In this document: positions 1-11,000 of the stretch, in pieces | How positions within the stretch are numbered: the first letter of the stretch is position 1 | Layout of the letters: every line of letters starts with the position of its first letter | NCBI GenBank assembly: GCA_002269645.1 | Contig: NIVC01000735.1 | Coordinates: 124,001 to 188,000, forward strand | Origin: Macrostomum lignano | Lineage: Eukaryota | Direction: 5' to 3' | Length of the DNA: 64,000 bases | The notes under the pieces: generated by a model | What the model saw: only the letters and a program-made list of their open reading frames with translations | The model's database searches: none | Told to the model about the DNA's origin: nothing | Position numbers and translations under genes: made by a program

Positions 1-327
1 TGTTTCGCCTCTAGCTTCTCAAAGCTGCATGCTGCTGCTAGGAGTCAATGGTAGTAGGGGGCGACACTTTCGCTTGGGTCCTTCGTAAGAGCGAGAAATT
101 TTGCTCGCTTCGGCAATATCGAGGCACTTTTTGGACCGAATTGCCGCATCGATGATGTCTCGATGTTCTCAGTGTTCTCAGTGCCTTGAGACCTGCCCTG
201 GCTGTTATTCTCCGTGTCCGTCAGTTTCTTGGTTCGTGCGGCGGCCGCAAAGCTGAGCAGCCAGGCTTCAGCTGTGTCTGGGTCATCCAAGTTTAGCTCG
301 GAGCTGCTTGCTTGCTTGCGACGCCAT
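1..327 (-). mobile_element. Degenerate Ty3/gypsy-type gag fragment, continuing off the window start
   Basis: The minus strand reads DDPDTAEAWLLSFAAAARTKKLTD...PK..(IAE)RAKFLALTKDPSESVAPYYH*LLAAACSFEKL. This resembles the invertebrate gypsy gag pattern AESW..F.A.AR.KKL.D...PKKRLVIAERTKF...Q...E....Y..RL..A...CEFEKL. It carries an in-frame stop and indels; the ATG near 327 is out of frame by one extra CAAG unit. Confidence 0.55.
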
Positions 328-544
328 TGTCAAGTCGCGCCCAGTAAACAAAGACAAGGCTTGGTATGAGTCAGGTGCGAAATCGTATATTTGAGGTTTC
401 GTATATTATCTAGGCTTAAAAGTTAGACAAATAATAAGGCTTAAAACTTTGAGTTGCTCGCTACTGAAAATCTTTATGCTAAGGGGGAGAAAGAGAATGT
501 ACACAGGCGGCCGCGTACATTGGTGTATACAAGCTAAGCTAACT

Positions 545-1573
545 TAGAGTCAGCTGAATTCAGATGAATCAGAAAGCGGTGCGGTACATCAACACATGCC
601 CGGAATTTCATATAGTTCGGCAATTTTGTCTTAAGTTCGGTTAGTTCCAGGCTGCCAAGCTGGATCTCTCGGAGTGTCATGCTGCCGTTTCTTTTCCAAG
701 TGGCCACGTCAAAGTACTCGATATTGCCTCGGGAGGTGCAGTGATTCATGCGCGCGTACTTTCTGGTGCTCCATTTTTAATGCGCTCCGTGTCGATGGTG
801 CACCAGCTCTGGTCGGAGAGGGTGATCTTCAAGTCCTCAACGTCAGTTGAGCAGCAGTGGTTGTTTCTCAGGACTACCATGCTGGCCAGCTTAGCCGGGC
901 GCTCCAGTCGGTAGCGCACCGAAGAGCCGGCCGGGATGGTGGCGAAAGTGGCGGATTTCCTGTCGGTTGTGCGCTTGCACACCTCGCTACCGGCTTGCAG
1001 TCCAGCTTCACTCTTTCTGAAGTAGTTATTTTTTGTTTGGTTCTCTCTTGCAAACGAATGTTCACGGATATTCTGAGACATTTTTATAGGGATTCCAAGG
1101 ACCTGAAATAGACTTTCGAAAAGAGGTAAATTCTAAAATAGACATTCTAAACAGTAAAATAGAAATTCTAAATGGTTTTCTAAATGAACAATGTCCCTAC
1201 TTGGAAGAGACAGGTAATCATTTTTTAGGGGAGTCGGTTTCTAGGAGGGGGTCATGGCCCTCCTCTTGCCTACACCAGATATAGATTAAATTAGATACAT
1301 TGGACTCACTGAGGCAAGCGTGGCTGTTCTCAGTGGTGGCCCCGCCTGGGCACCAGTCGCATCTGGTCAGGCCCTTCTTTCTTGCCAGGGCGAAGTTCAA
1401 GTCGGAGTTCCGGCGGATTTCGAGTTCAGACCTGGCGGACAGGGCCGGCAGTGTGGGTAGTGCGAGTTGCTTGAGTTCAGGTAGTTGCCAGGCAAGCACT
1501 CGGGCGCTCGCCCATCTGCTTGAGCACAGATTCCTACTAGAAGCACTGCAGCTGCAACAGTTTGAGCTCTCAT
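545..1573 (-). pseudogene. Frameshifted secreted protein gene: signal peptide, Cys-rich GCC2/GCC3-like repeats, fucolectin/discoidin-like domain
   Basis: Exon 1573-1310: MRAQTVAAAVLLVGICAQADG (signal peptide), CLPGNY..HCRPCPPG, then after a frame change CDWCPGG..HACL and a GTGAGT donor. Exon from 1016 (TTCAG acceptor): ..LERPAKLASMVVLRNNHCCS.. then CTSRGNIEYFDV...MTLREIQL, an FTP-like pattern. At least 3 frame changes are needed. Confidence 0.5.
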
Positions 1574-1803
1574 AGTTACCACCAGATTCTATAAAAACTT
1601 TTTAGCGGGTCGTTTTTTTATCTTCGTATGCTTTAACTGAAAGCCTTCGCTGTTATCCTGACAAGTACCAATTCTTTTTTAAAGTGTTGTAACGTTATAT
1701 GCACGTATGTGCTTATTTTACGAGCTATAGTCTATGGTATTAAATTACGTAGACACAGACACACTTAAAGTGCTAGATAGAGAATCTAGTGCGTGGCGGG
1801 ACA

Positions 1804-2071
1804 GAGGAGGGGAGAGAGGAGAGGGAGAGGGAGAGGAGAGAAGAAGGAGAGGGAAGGAGAGGAGAGGAGAGAAGAGAGAGAGAGAGAGAGAAGAGAGGAG
1901 AGAGAGAGGAGAGAAGAGAGAGGAGAGGAGAGAAGAGAGAGGAGAGAGGAGAGGAGAGAGAGAGAGAGAGAGGAGAGGGAGAGGAGAGGAGAGGAGAGGA
2001 GAGGAGAGGAGAGAGAGAGAGGAGAGGAGAGGAGAGGAGAGGAGAGGAGAGGAGAGGAGAGGAGAGGAGAG

Positions 2072-2128
<57 letters not shown>

Positions 2129-2400
2129 GAGAGAAGAGAGAGGAGAGAGAGAGAGAGAGGAGAGAGAGGAGAGAGAGGAGAGGAGAGGAGAGGAGAGGAG
2201 AGGAGAGGAGAGGAGAGAGAGGAGAGGAGAGGAGAGGAGAGGAGAGGAGAGGAGAGGAGAGGAGAGGAGAGGAGAGGAGAGGAGAGGAGAGGAGAGGAGA
2301 GGAGAGGAGAGGAGAGGAGAGGAGAGGAGAGGAGAGGAGAGGAGAGGAGAGGAGAGGAGAGGAGAGGAGAGGAGAGGAGAGGAGAGAGAGAGAGAAGAGA
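1804..2400 (+). repeat. ~600-bp polypurine microsatellite, (GGAGA)n/(GA)n
   Basis: Directly visible; it produces the spurious ERRGE / SPLLS ORFs. Confidence 0.98.
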
Positions 2401-2419
2401 GCTGAGAAGCAGCACAAAC

Positions 2420-5400
2420 CTTGAGCGGGCCGGATTGCTATTTCAAGTTTCAAAGGATCCGAGGGCCGGATAAATGGCTTCGCTGTGTGGTCTGCGGGCT
2501 GGAGTTGCCGACTCCCTGAGTTTTGAAATCGGCCGCACCTCCTGGACCAATTTTTCATCAGAACATCAGGAAAAATATTATAGTTCATAATACGACATTG
2601 TAATCTGCGATTGCCAAAACAAACTCTTCAGACTATTAACACTGGCCTGACAGACGCCCACATCGCTCTCAGGATGTTTCTTACCAATCCAATACAAGCC
2701 AAGGTTGTAAAAATTCGCCCAACAAGTTGTGTTGGCAAATGCCTGCTCAGGATGGAGCTTCTTGGCTATCCCGATGGTGAGCTGAATCAAAAAGGAAATT
2801 GAATTGGTTTAGAAGTTACGAGTATAAACAATATTTGAAACAATTTTGTAGACTGCGGCTTCTTGGCACCATCTGACATGGCCACCCAGCCAGTTGGAGC
2901 AGCCGTGCAGGTGCGGCTCGCCAGACCCCACTTGCTCACCGGCTGGTCTCTGATCGGCGCTCCAGCCAATGCATCCTTCACGGTCTCGTTTGTCACAATG
3001 CGAGACGGCGCGACCGAGTCAATCAGACTTCATGGAAACGAACTTGTGAGCTGGTTCTCCTTCGCCAAACTACACGATGTGAAAATGGATTATAATACTG
3101 CTCTTATTTCTGTTTTTTAGAGATTCAGCTGCACACTGGGAACCAGCCAGAGTCTGCCCGCGGTTGTCCGCACCTCAGCGCTAACCTTGAACTTCACTGA
3201 GAACTGGCAGCCCAGCGACACCCAGCTGCAGTTGCGCGGCTGCCCTATGAACGGTAAGGTGCATGTACATGGAAAAAACAAATCAAAGTACCTACATGAA
3301 AGTACAAAATGCCCTACATGGCCTCTCCCGCAGACTGCCCTGTCAACACGTTTCGCCACGGCAGCCTCTGCTACTGGGTGCCGCTTACCGGGGGCTCGCA
3401 GCCCCACACCATCGCCAGCAGGCGGGCGGCGCAGCGGCTGTGCAGCTCCGCGGCAGCCTGGAACGGCACGGGCAGGCTGGCCAGAATGACCACCGAGATG
3501 GAGCTGCAGATCATTCGCAGTCTGATGAGGCCTCTGTTAAACAGGTGGGGTTCATTGGCCTTTAGAACACAACGTGCTGGGATCACTTTGCAATAAAACA
3601 AAATCTGTTTTGCTGCATCCCGCAGCGCCGTTTCCGCGCACAAGTTCGTCCACATCGACGGCGAGTTCAACAGCAGCAGCGGCAGGTTTGAAGCGTCAGA
3701 CGGGACGCCGCTAGGGCTGCACCTCAACAGCTGGCACGCTGAGCCGCCAGCGAACGGCTGCGTTGTGGCGGAAATCGGGGAGCGGATGGCCTGGAACAGC
3801 GTGGCCTGCGAGAATGAAAGCAGCGCCTTCCCGTTTGTATGCGAAATTCCCGCAGTTCTCAGCCACAGTGAGCAGCTCAACTTTGCAGATTTGCTGTTCA
3901 AAAAATGCTTCCAGTCGGTTACAAATCAGTGCTCAAAACTCTTTCAGATGGAACTTGCAGCAAGCGGCTGTACTTATCGCAGCTCAGTCAAAACGACACA
4001 ACACAGATTGAGCGGTACAGCCTGACCAACTCAACTTTTCTTGCACTCGCTGACTGCCAAAGAAACATCACTGGCAACTGCACAGCAGTGCTGCTAGCTG
4101 ATCCTGTCGCCACAGCCGCAGCGAGGTCAACGCAGAGTTCAAATGTGAATGCTTCCATGGCGCTTCAGTGGAGTTGCTATGGTAAGCTGCTGCACTAGCT
4201 GCACTGCATTAGCTGCACTGCATCTCAGTGACGCGACCTGCTTTTAGCGAGGGTAAAACTCATTAAAAATTCATTTTCAGATCCCGATTGCGACCATCCG
4301 CTCATCGGTGCATTCTGGGAAGGTTCTCCAGTGCTGTTAAATATTTCTACCAAGTCGAGTCTCACTGGGCATTCTCCGGAAATGGCAGCGTTCAGCTACT
4401 TCTCTCAAGGTAAGTAGTATTTGTGGGTTTTAAATTGCCATTCCGCGGTATTTTATTCCGGTTTCCACCTTTGTTGATTCAGCTTCCAGCGTAGCCACCT
4501 TCGGGTTCTACCGCGCGGCATCTACCGGTCCGGAGGAGTGGCTGCAGGTGAACTTTCGAGTCACCGTCACCGTCACCGCAGTTGGTGTGTCAGGCGTGTT
4601 TTGCCTGCCAGGACTTCCACACGAGGCCTTGCTGGTGTACATCTTGCTGTTCTCCTGCTGCAATAGACAGTGGCGCATGTATCCTTATGTAAGTACGGAG
4701 CAAAGTCTATTTTGTGATTTGTGAGGGCCAATGGTCTTAAAAAATACTCTCTCAAAACTTTCCTCCTCTCCTCCCATACAGACTTTATACGGGCCGGACA
4801 CTTGCACGTCAATTATCGAGAAACTCCAACACCCGGTCACTGGCCGGCTGTTCCGGTTTCATCCGCTGCTGATTCGGGGCCGTCTGGCGGGCAAGTTTGA
4901 GCTGTTCGGCTGCCCAACACCGGGCGCTTCAGATGAGATTCCATTGGCGCCATACTGGCCTCACCAAGTGACAGTTCGCAGGCCGGGAAATGTGAGCTCC
5001 TGGTCATTGGGCACAGCCTCTCTGCTGCAGGGACCCGGGCTCATGCCGCTGCCAGTCAACAGCTCAATGACAGTCAAGTTCCCTGTGCCGCATCGAGTCT
5101 TCGGTCTGACCAGCCGAGGCATCGCCGAGTCATACGTGGACACGTTCCACCTGCAGTCGCGTGTCAACGACGCCGACAGGCCAATGGAGGTGGCCAGGCA
5201 GTTCCCTCCCAATAGAACCCTGTTGGGTACGAATGCAGGCTCTGCGGAACTCGTTGAAGACTTCCCAGAACCCATCGTTGCCAAGTTGATCACCCTGACA
5301 TCCGTCAAAGTTGCCAGCGAGGGGCACCTGCGGCTTGAACTTGTTGCTCTGCCAGTCCGTGAGTGTTGATTTCTGCTGGCTTAATTTGTTCTTCATATCC

Positions 5401-8095
5401 TCTTGACTTACATGACTTTGTTGCAGGGGGGCTCTGTGCATCCGGATGTAGCGAGGAAGCTAATGCTGTGGTATTGTGCAGGGAGTTCCCTCCCTCTTCC
5501 CCCTCCGGAGAGTCCAGGAGGTGGATGGTCGCTCGCCCGGTAGCCCTTAGGTAGCGGGCGAGCTGACAGAGGTTCTCAGGCCCGAAAACGTCGGAGAGGT
5601 CCGGGTTTGGGCCCAGGTAGGTGAGCCGAGCCTGTCCTGAGTAAAGGCGGGGCATTCACAGATGAAATGCTCCGCATTCTCGACACCATAGGGGCATTCC
5701 TCGCTACGGATTTCCCCTGGAGCTAACGATGCCTGGCAAAACAGCCATGAACCGAGAGGGCCATGGTCACCGACCTGATGTCCCTGCGGTTGAGTCCAAG
5801 CAGGGCCCCTGCGCAGGACGGAGGAAGGGCAGGGGACATTTTGGGGCTTTAGCCCACCTCTCCCTGTGCTTCATATCCTCGAGGACGAATACGGAAGTGC
5901 ACCTACATCGACAAACATTTCAGAGTGCGAACCAATCCCATCCAGCTTCGTAGTTTTCAATCGGTCCTCGCAGCAAGGACAGCGGATGTTAAACTTCACT
6001 CTGCATCGGGCTCACTATCTCACCAACATAAGCGTTGCCGTTAACAGCAACTTTCCGACCGCTTGGATTCGTCTCTCATTGAACGATCATTCATCGGAGG
6101 TTTTGGTAAGGAACATTTGATGCTCCAGCTCTCCGAAGTGCGTCTGAATCAGCCTTAAACTTATTTAATGCTTTTTTAGACGATCAGCGTTAGCAACGGA
6201 AGCAACTCAGTATGGTTGAATCGAACCGTCATTGCCACGGTCGGCCAGCTGACAGCCAATGCGTCCGAGATCAACGAGTTTGGCGTTGACTTGTTTGGTT
6301 GCCCGACCGAAGGTGAGTCCAACGAAGCTGAAAGCCGCATTTTCCAACAGCAAATGCCAAATTAATGGGAAATATTCAAAACATGCGACCTCCCACACAG
6401 ACTGTCCAGTCAATTTCTACTATTTCGAGGGACGCTGCCGTCACCACATGATGGCTGGGACTACGGGAGTCTCCCGGCAGCTGGCAGGGGACTATTGCTC
6501 AGCTCTGAACTGGCACCGACCCGGGGCCTTGTTTCTACCAGCTAGCCACTACGAGTATGCGGTAATGAAGTTGGCGTTCATCGAATGGAGTCTGTAAGTT
6601 GGTTCGATTCTAGCAGCAGACGATGCACAATAGGGTAACCCGTTTTTGAGACTGATGTTTTAAAAGCCAGAATGAAGTTCCAAATCACTTCTACGCTTGA
6701 AATTTTGAATACAGGTAGCTCGTATCTCCGGCAATACCTTATTGTATGAATCTCCTGTTTAAACGGATACATTGTGCACTCGTACAACTCCACACAGACA
6801 ATCAAGCGAGCCACTGACTCCAGGCGATGCCATATTTCACATTGGTGCCCGCCTCAACTCCGGTCAGTGGGTGTCAGAGTCCAACGCCAGTTTGTCTTGG
6901 TCGCACTGGAGCGTCGGCGAACCGAAGCCGCCTGGCGATTGCGCCGCCTCCCGGCTCTCCGAAGAAGCCTGGCTGGCGATGCCATGCGAGAGCGTCGGAG
7001 CTCAAACCGCCTGCCAAACAGAGAGGGGTGAGGACTCATGGTTGCCAAGGTCATTCTCGAGTTACTCGTACAGCTTCGACCCAATTTACATATTCGTAGC
7101 TCACGGACATTTAATTTTTACACTTTAGAGAACACCGACCAGTCAGGCTGCAGTAATCCTTACTACAACATATTCTACAACACCTCGGTGGATGCAAAGC
7201 AACCAGACAACAACACCAATCTGCAGAGGAGTCTCGACTCTTGTCAAAAAAGCGGATGCGGTGGTCTACTAGCTGAAGATGGAGCTCTGGCTCAGGCGAA
7301 TTTCACAGGTTCTCAACTGGTGTCAAACCCGAACTCCATTCTTGTCGAACAGCTTTGCCGAGGTACGCTTTAAACTTAACTTCTTTGCAGCTGTTTCGCA
7401 TATTTTTCAGTCTTTTCTGTTCTAAAAAATTATTTTAGAGAATTGCTGGCAAAATCTATTCGACTATCAACTCAACTTTTCGAGAACTATGTCAGCAAAT
7501 ACTACTTCTGGGTTCACCAACGACTCAGTAATATACTCTGCGATAGGTTCAAATAATGATTACTTTAACGGATACTACATTCAGGTAAGAAGTCTATGGA
7601 TGTCTGTTTAACTATTATGTATCAAGCTTTCGAGAGTACCATATGAATTGATTTTTCATTGGAAATTTGTTTACTTTCAAGTTGTCCTTTAGTCGGATCG
7701 TTCGCTTCACAGCGCTGGCCGTGACCGGCGCTGGTAACAATCTGAGAAACGCACAGAACGGAGCGCTGGCCTATGACCTGGTGCTGCTGAAGTATTTTGA
7801 TGGCAATGCCTTTGACTGGATGGTGGCCACCGCGGATGCACACAGTGTAGGCCTGCTAAATTATGCGTATTTCTTCAAATGATTATTGTATCTTACGCTA
7901 GTGTCTATTGTGCCAAACCATTTCAACTGCAGGTTTATGGACGGCAAGTAGCCGCTCAACAACCAAACGTGCTCAATCAAGTACTCATACTGAAAGTTGT
8001 GACAGAAGTGGTCGCCATGCACGTCAGAGTAGCTCCCAGAGAGTACAGTTCTAATTCTGCATTCAAGCTTGACCTTTTTGGATGCGTCTTGCCGC
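2420..8095 (+). other. Domain region of the PKD1-like gene: about six F5/8-type-C (discoidin)-like domains interleaved with two C-type lectin domains (3334-3865, 6401-7027)
   Basis: Repeated discoidin C-terminal motifs: [20 protein letters not shown] (2690-2776), [57 protein letters not shown] motifs: [14 protein letters not shown]...[15 protein letters not shown] and [12 protein letters not shown]...[16 protein letters not shown]...WLAMPCE..ACQ. Confidence 0.8.
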
Positions 8096-11000
8096 GTAAG
8101 TTGAAACAGTTCTGATCTGATCAATAATAGATCTGATCTGATCTGATCAATAATAGATCTGATCTGATCAAAATGCAAAACAGATCTGATTTGCAAAACA
8201 GAATCTGAACAAAAAGATAGATCTGAAACAGATCTGGACAAAACAGATCTGATCAAAATGTATTTGTCATGCGCTTCGATCCATTTATTGCTATAGTTTA
8301 ATCCTGTGCAATCTACGCAGAACCTACGTGCGTCAGCCGAAACGATTCGGAGATCGGAGATACCATCGCTGGCTGTTTCAATGACTGGATCGTTGTGTAC
8401 AAAAACATTGGGACGGAGGCGTCCATGAACCGCTCCATGGCTGAGTATTTCTACGGCTTTCAACACGAAAATGTCAGTTGGCTTGGCTTGAAGGCTCTCA
8501 GTGAAGTCACTGCCACTAGGGATTTCTCTATGAGAGTGGACATTTGGAATGAGGATGGCAGTTTTCGCTACGTGGAGTGCGGCCTGCTGCGACTGACACC
8601 GCCGGCTGACGGCTTCCGGCTGCTGCTGGAAGGTTGCTTCAGCGACTTCGACGACCAGCACCTGATGGAGACACTCAACGGCTCAAAGTTTTCCACCTTT
8701 GACCATGGCGACTTTCGATCGTGTGCTATTTCTTCGGGTAGCGGCTGGTGGTACAAGGACTGCAGCGGAACAAAGCTGACGGGATCTACTGCTGCCAACC
8801 GCTCTGACTCAGCGCGATGGTCCAACTTTTCTGGGGGTCAGGTCTTCATGAGGATTATTGAGAAGTCATTCATTCACACTCGTGAGTGACTGCAATTATT
8901 TTTGTACTATTGACTTCTTTTTTATAAGAGAGGCAATTTCATTTACAGCAATGGCAATCGAAGAACAGTGCTATTCGGATCTGGCATGCTCGCTGACATC
9001 AAAAACAGTCTGCTTATCAGCCGGACCAGTGCTCGAAACCAGATGTCTCTGTCGTTCCACCTTCCGCCAGAGGGGCTCCCAATGCGTGCCAGGCAAGTTG
9101 TGACCGAAAAATTATAAACTCGTACGAGCTAGTATCGTTCGAAAGACAGAGCAGGCTCCATTATTATAAAAATATCTTTCTAATTTTTATTTCAGTTGCG
9201 GATGTGAACTTTAGAAACGTATCGATTGTTCAGCCCTCCCATCCAATTCTCAGAGCCCAGCTAACAAACGTTACTCTTTACTTGAGCCTCGGTCTGCTGG
9301 CCGAAAAATTTAACGGATCCTATGCAACGGATTATTTATTTTCAGCTTTTCTGAGTGGAAACAACGGATTATTTATTTTCAGCTTTTCTGAGTGGAAACG
9401 GTCGGAATGTATCATGATCCACTGCACATTCAGTCTGGAAATGCCACTCTCATACAGGGCACACAGCGTCAGTTTACAGTTGTGGCTCCGGTAACTGTGC
9501 CAGCAGGTGGACTGTGCCATATATTGACGTATATTTGTGTAGCAGTGGAAGTCGGACCTTCGGCAGGGTTCATTGAGGAGAATTTTGACAACAATGTCAT
9601 GTGCTCAGACTTTGAAGCCACGTGTCAGCCGGAGCTCAATGTCTCAGCATCCATAGCAATAGCAGGGATTTTTACTCGAACTATCCCATCTAGAATTTTG
9701 GTGAACGTCTCTCTTCTGTTGAGCTCATCCAGGACAGTTCCTGTTGCTGCAGTCCCGGCACCAGATTCAAACTTCGAGCTTACAGTCCTGAACTCTCCTA
9801 CTGATTGCAGCCATAACGTAAGTTGTCTTGAGAGATCACGAGATTCTGGAGCCGGAAAAATTCAATTACGAGACACTCTGCTGCCTGGGAGTAGACCGCT
9901 GTGCACAGTTCACAGGTTCTAGGTCTGATTGACTGTGAATACTTCAACTTTCTGTGTGTGCACGCCACAATGGGAGGCAATTCCAGCTTAGTGGTTGCCA
10001 CTCCAAATCACATGGTTGCATGTGCACCCCTTCAAAAGAACTGCACCCCAGGAGCGGATACCGCGCTTGAATCAATCGAATTCGGCGTTCTCAACACAAC
10101 TTGGATTCACCGGTATCCTGCCACACTGGCAGTTTCCTATGCACTACGGCTGATTGATGGCATCCCGGTGGAAGCTGTTCCTTCACCGCGACTCAATTTC
10201 GAGCTACATGCCTTCCTGCGTGGATCCAGCAGCTTTAACTCGCAATTTAGCGAATGTGTCGCAGAGGAGCAGCGCAGAGAGCTGGCTCATAATCTCACTA
10301 TCAACTGTCAAGTGACATTCAATGTTAGCTATGATATATGTAGAAGCCTCACGGATCTGTGCTCAGTGCTTAACAGCAGTTTGCACTCGTCATATACGGA
10401 GACTGACGTATCTAACAACCTGCACTGCGTGCCTCTGCTGAGCAGTCTCTCCTGTTCAGAAGTGCCTTTGTTGAACGTCAGCTCAAGCGTATCCGATTCG
10501 GTACTAAGATACGGTGAATTTTTCACTTTGTCTGTGTTCTGGATGCAGGGTTCTGCAGTCTCAATTACTGCCAACTTCAGCAATGGCGGTCATCTGACGT
10601 GGGACTGGCTGACTGGCGGTCACGTCGACAGCTACTTGCATCACTCAGTAAGCTGGAACATTAGTTTTGGAGAGGACGTTGGGCCTTTCACCATACAGGT
10701 CAATGTAAGCAATGCACTGACGTCTTGGACTCGAGAGTTGAGTGTGGAAGTGGTGCCTAACCTGCCTGAGTTCCTACGTATTGACCTCGACTACACGCCA
10801 GCACCCGCGCCGCTTAATGCCAGCCTCAAGCTCTCGCTGCTGAAGGGCGGTCCCAGCTCCCGCCTCATCGCCTCGTGCAGCGCTCAGTTGCAGCAGGACA
10901 GAGAACCGAACAACTTCACTGCGGATCTGCGACCTCGAATGACGCAACAGGAGGTTCTTCAATTTGCATCGACAGACATGCCATTCACACTGGTCAATGT

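Noticed and set aside
1734-2588. Long E/R-rich and S/L/P-rich ORFs
   Set aside because: They are translations of the GA microsatellite.
5427-5554. Apparent PKD1L exon [11 protein letters not shown] after a TTGCAG acceptor
   Set aside because: It lies inside the antisense LINE; the 5358-to-5924 splice gives the correct frame without it.
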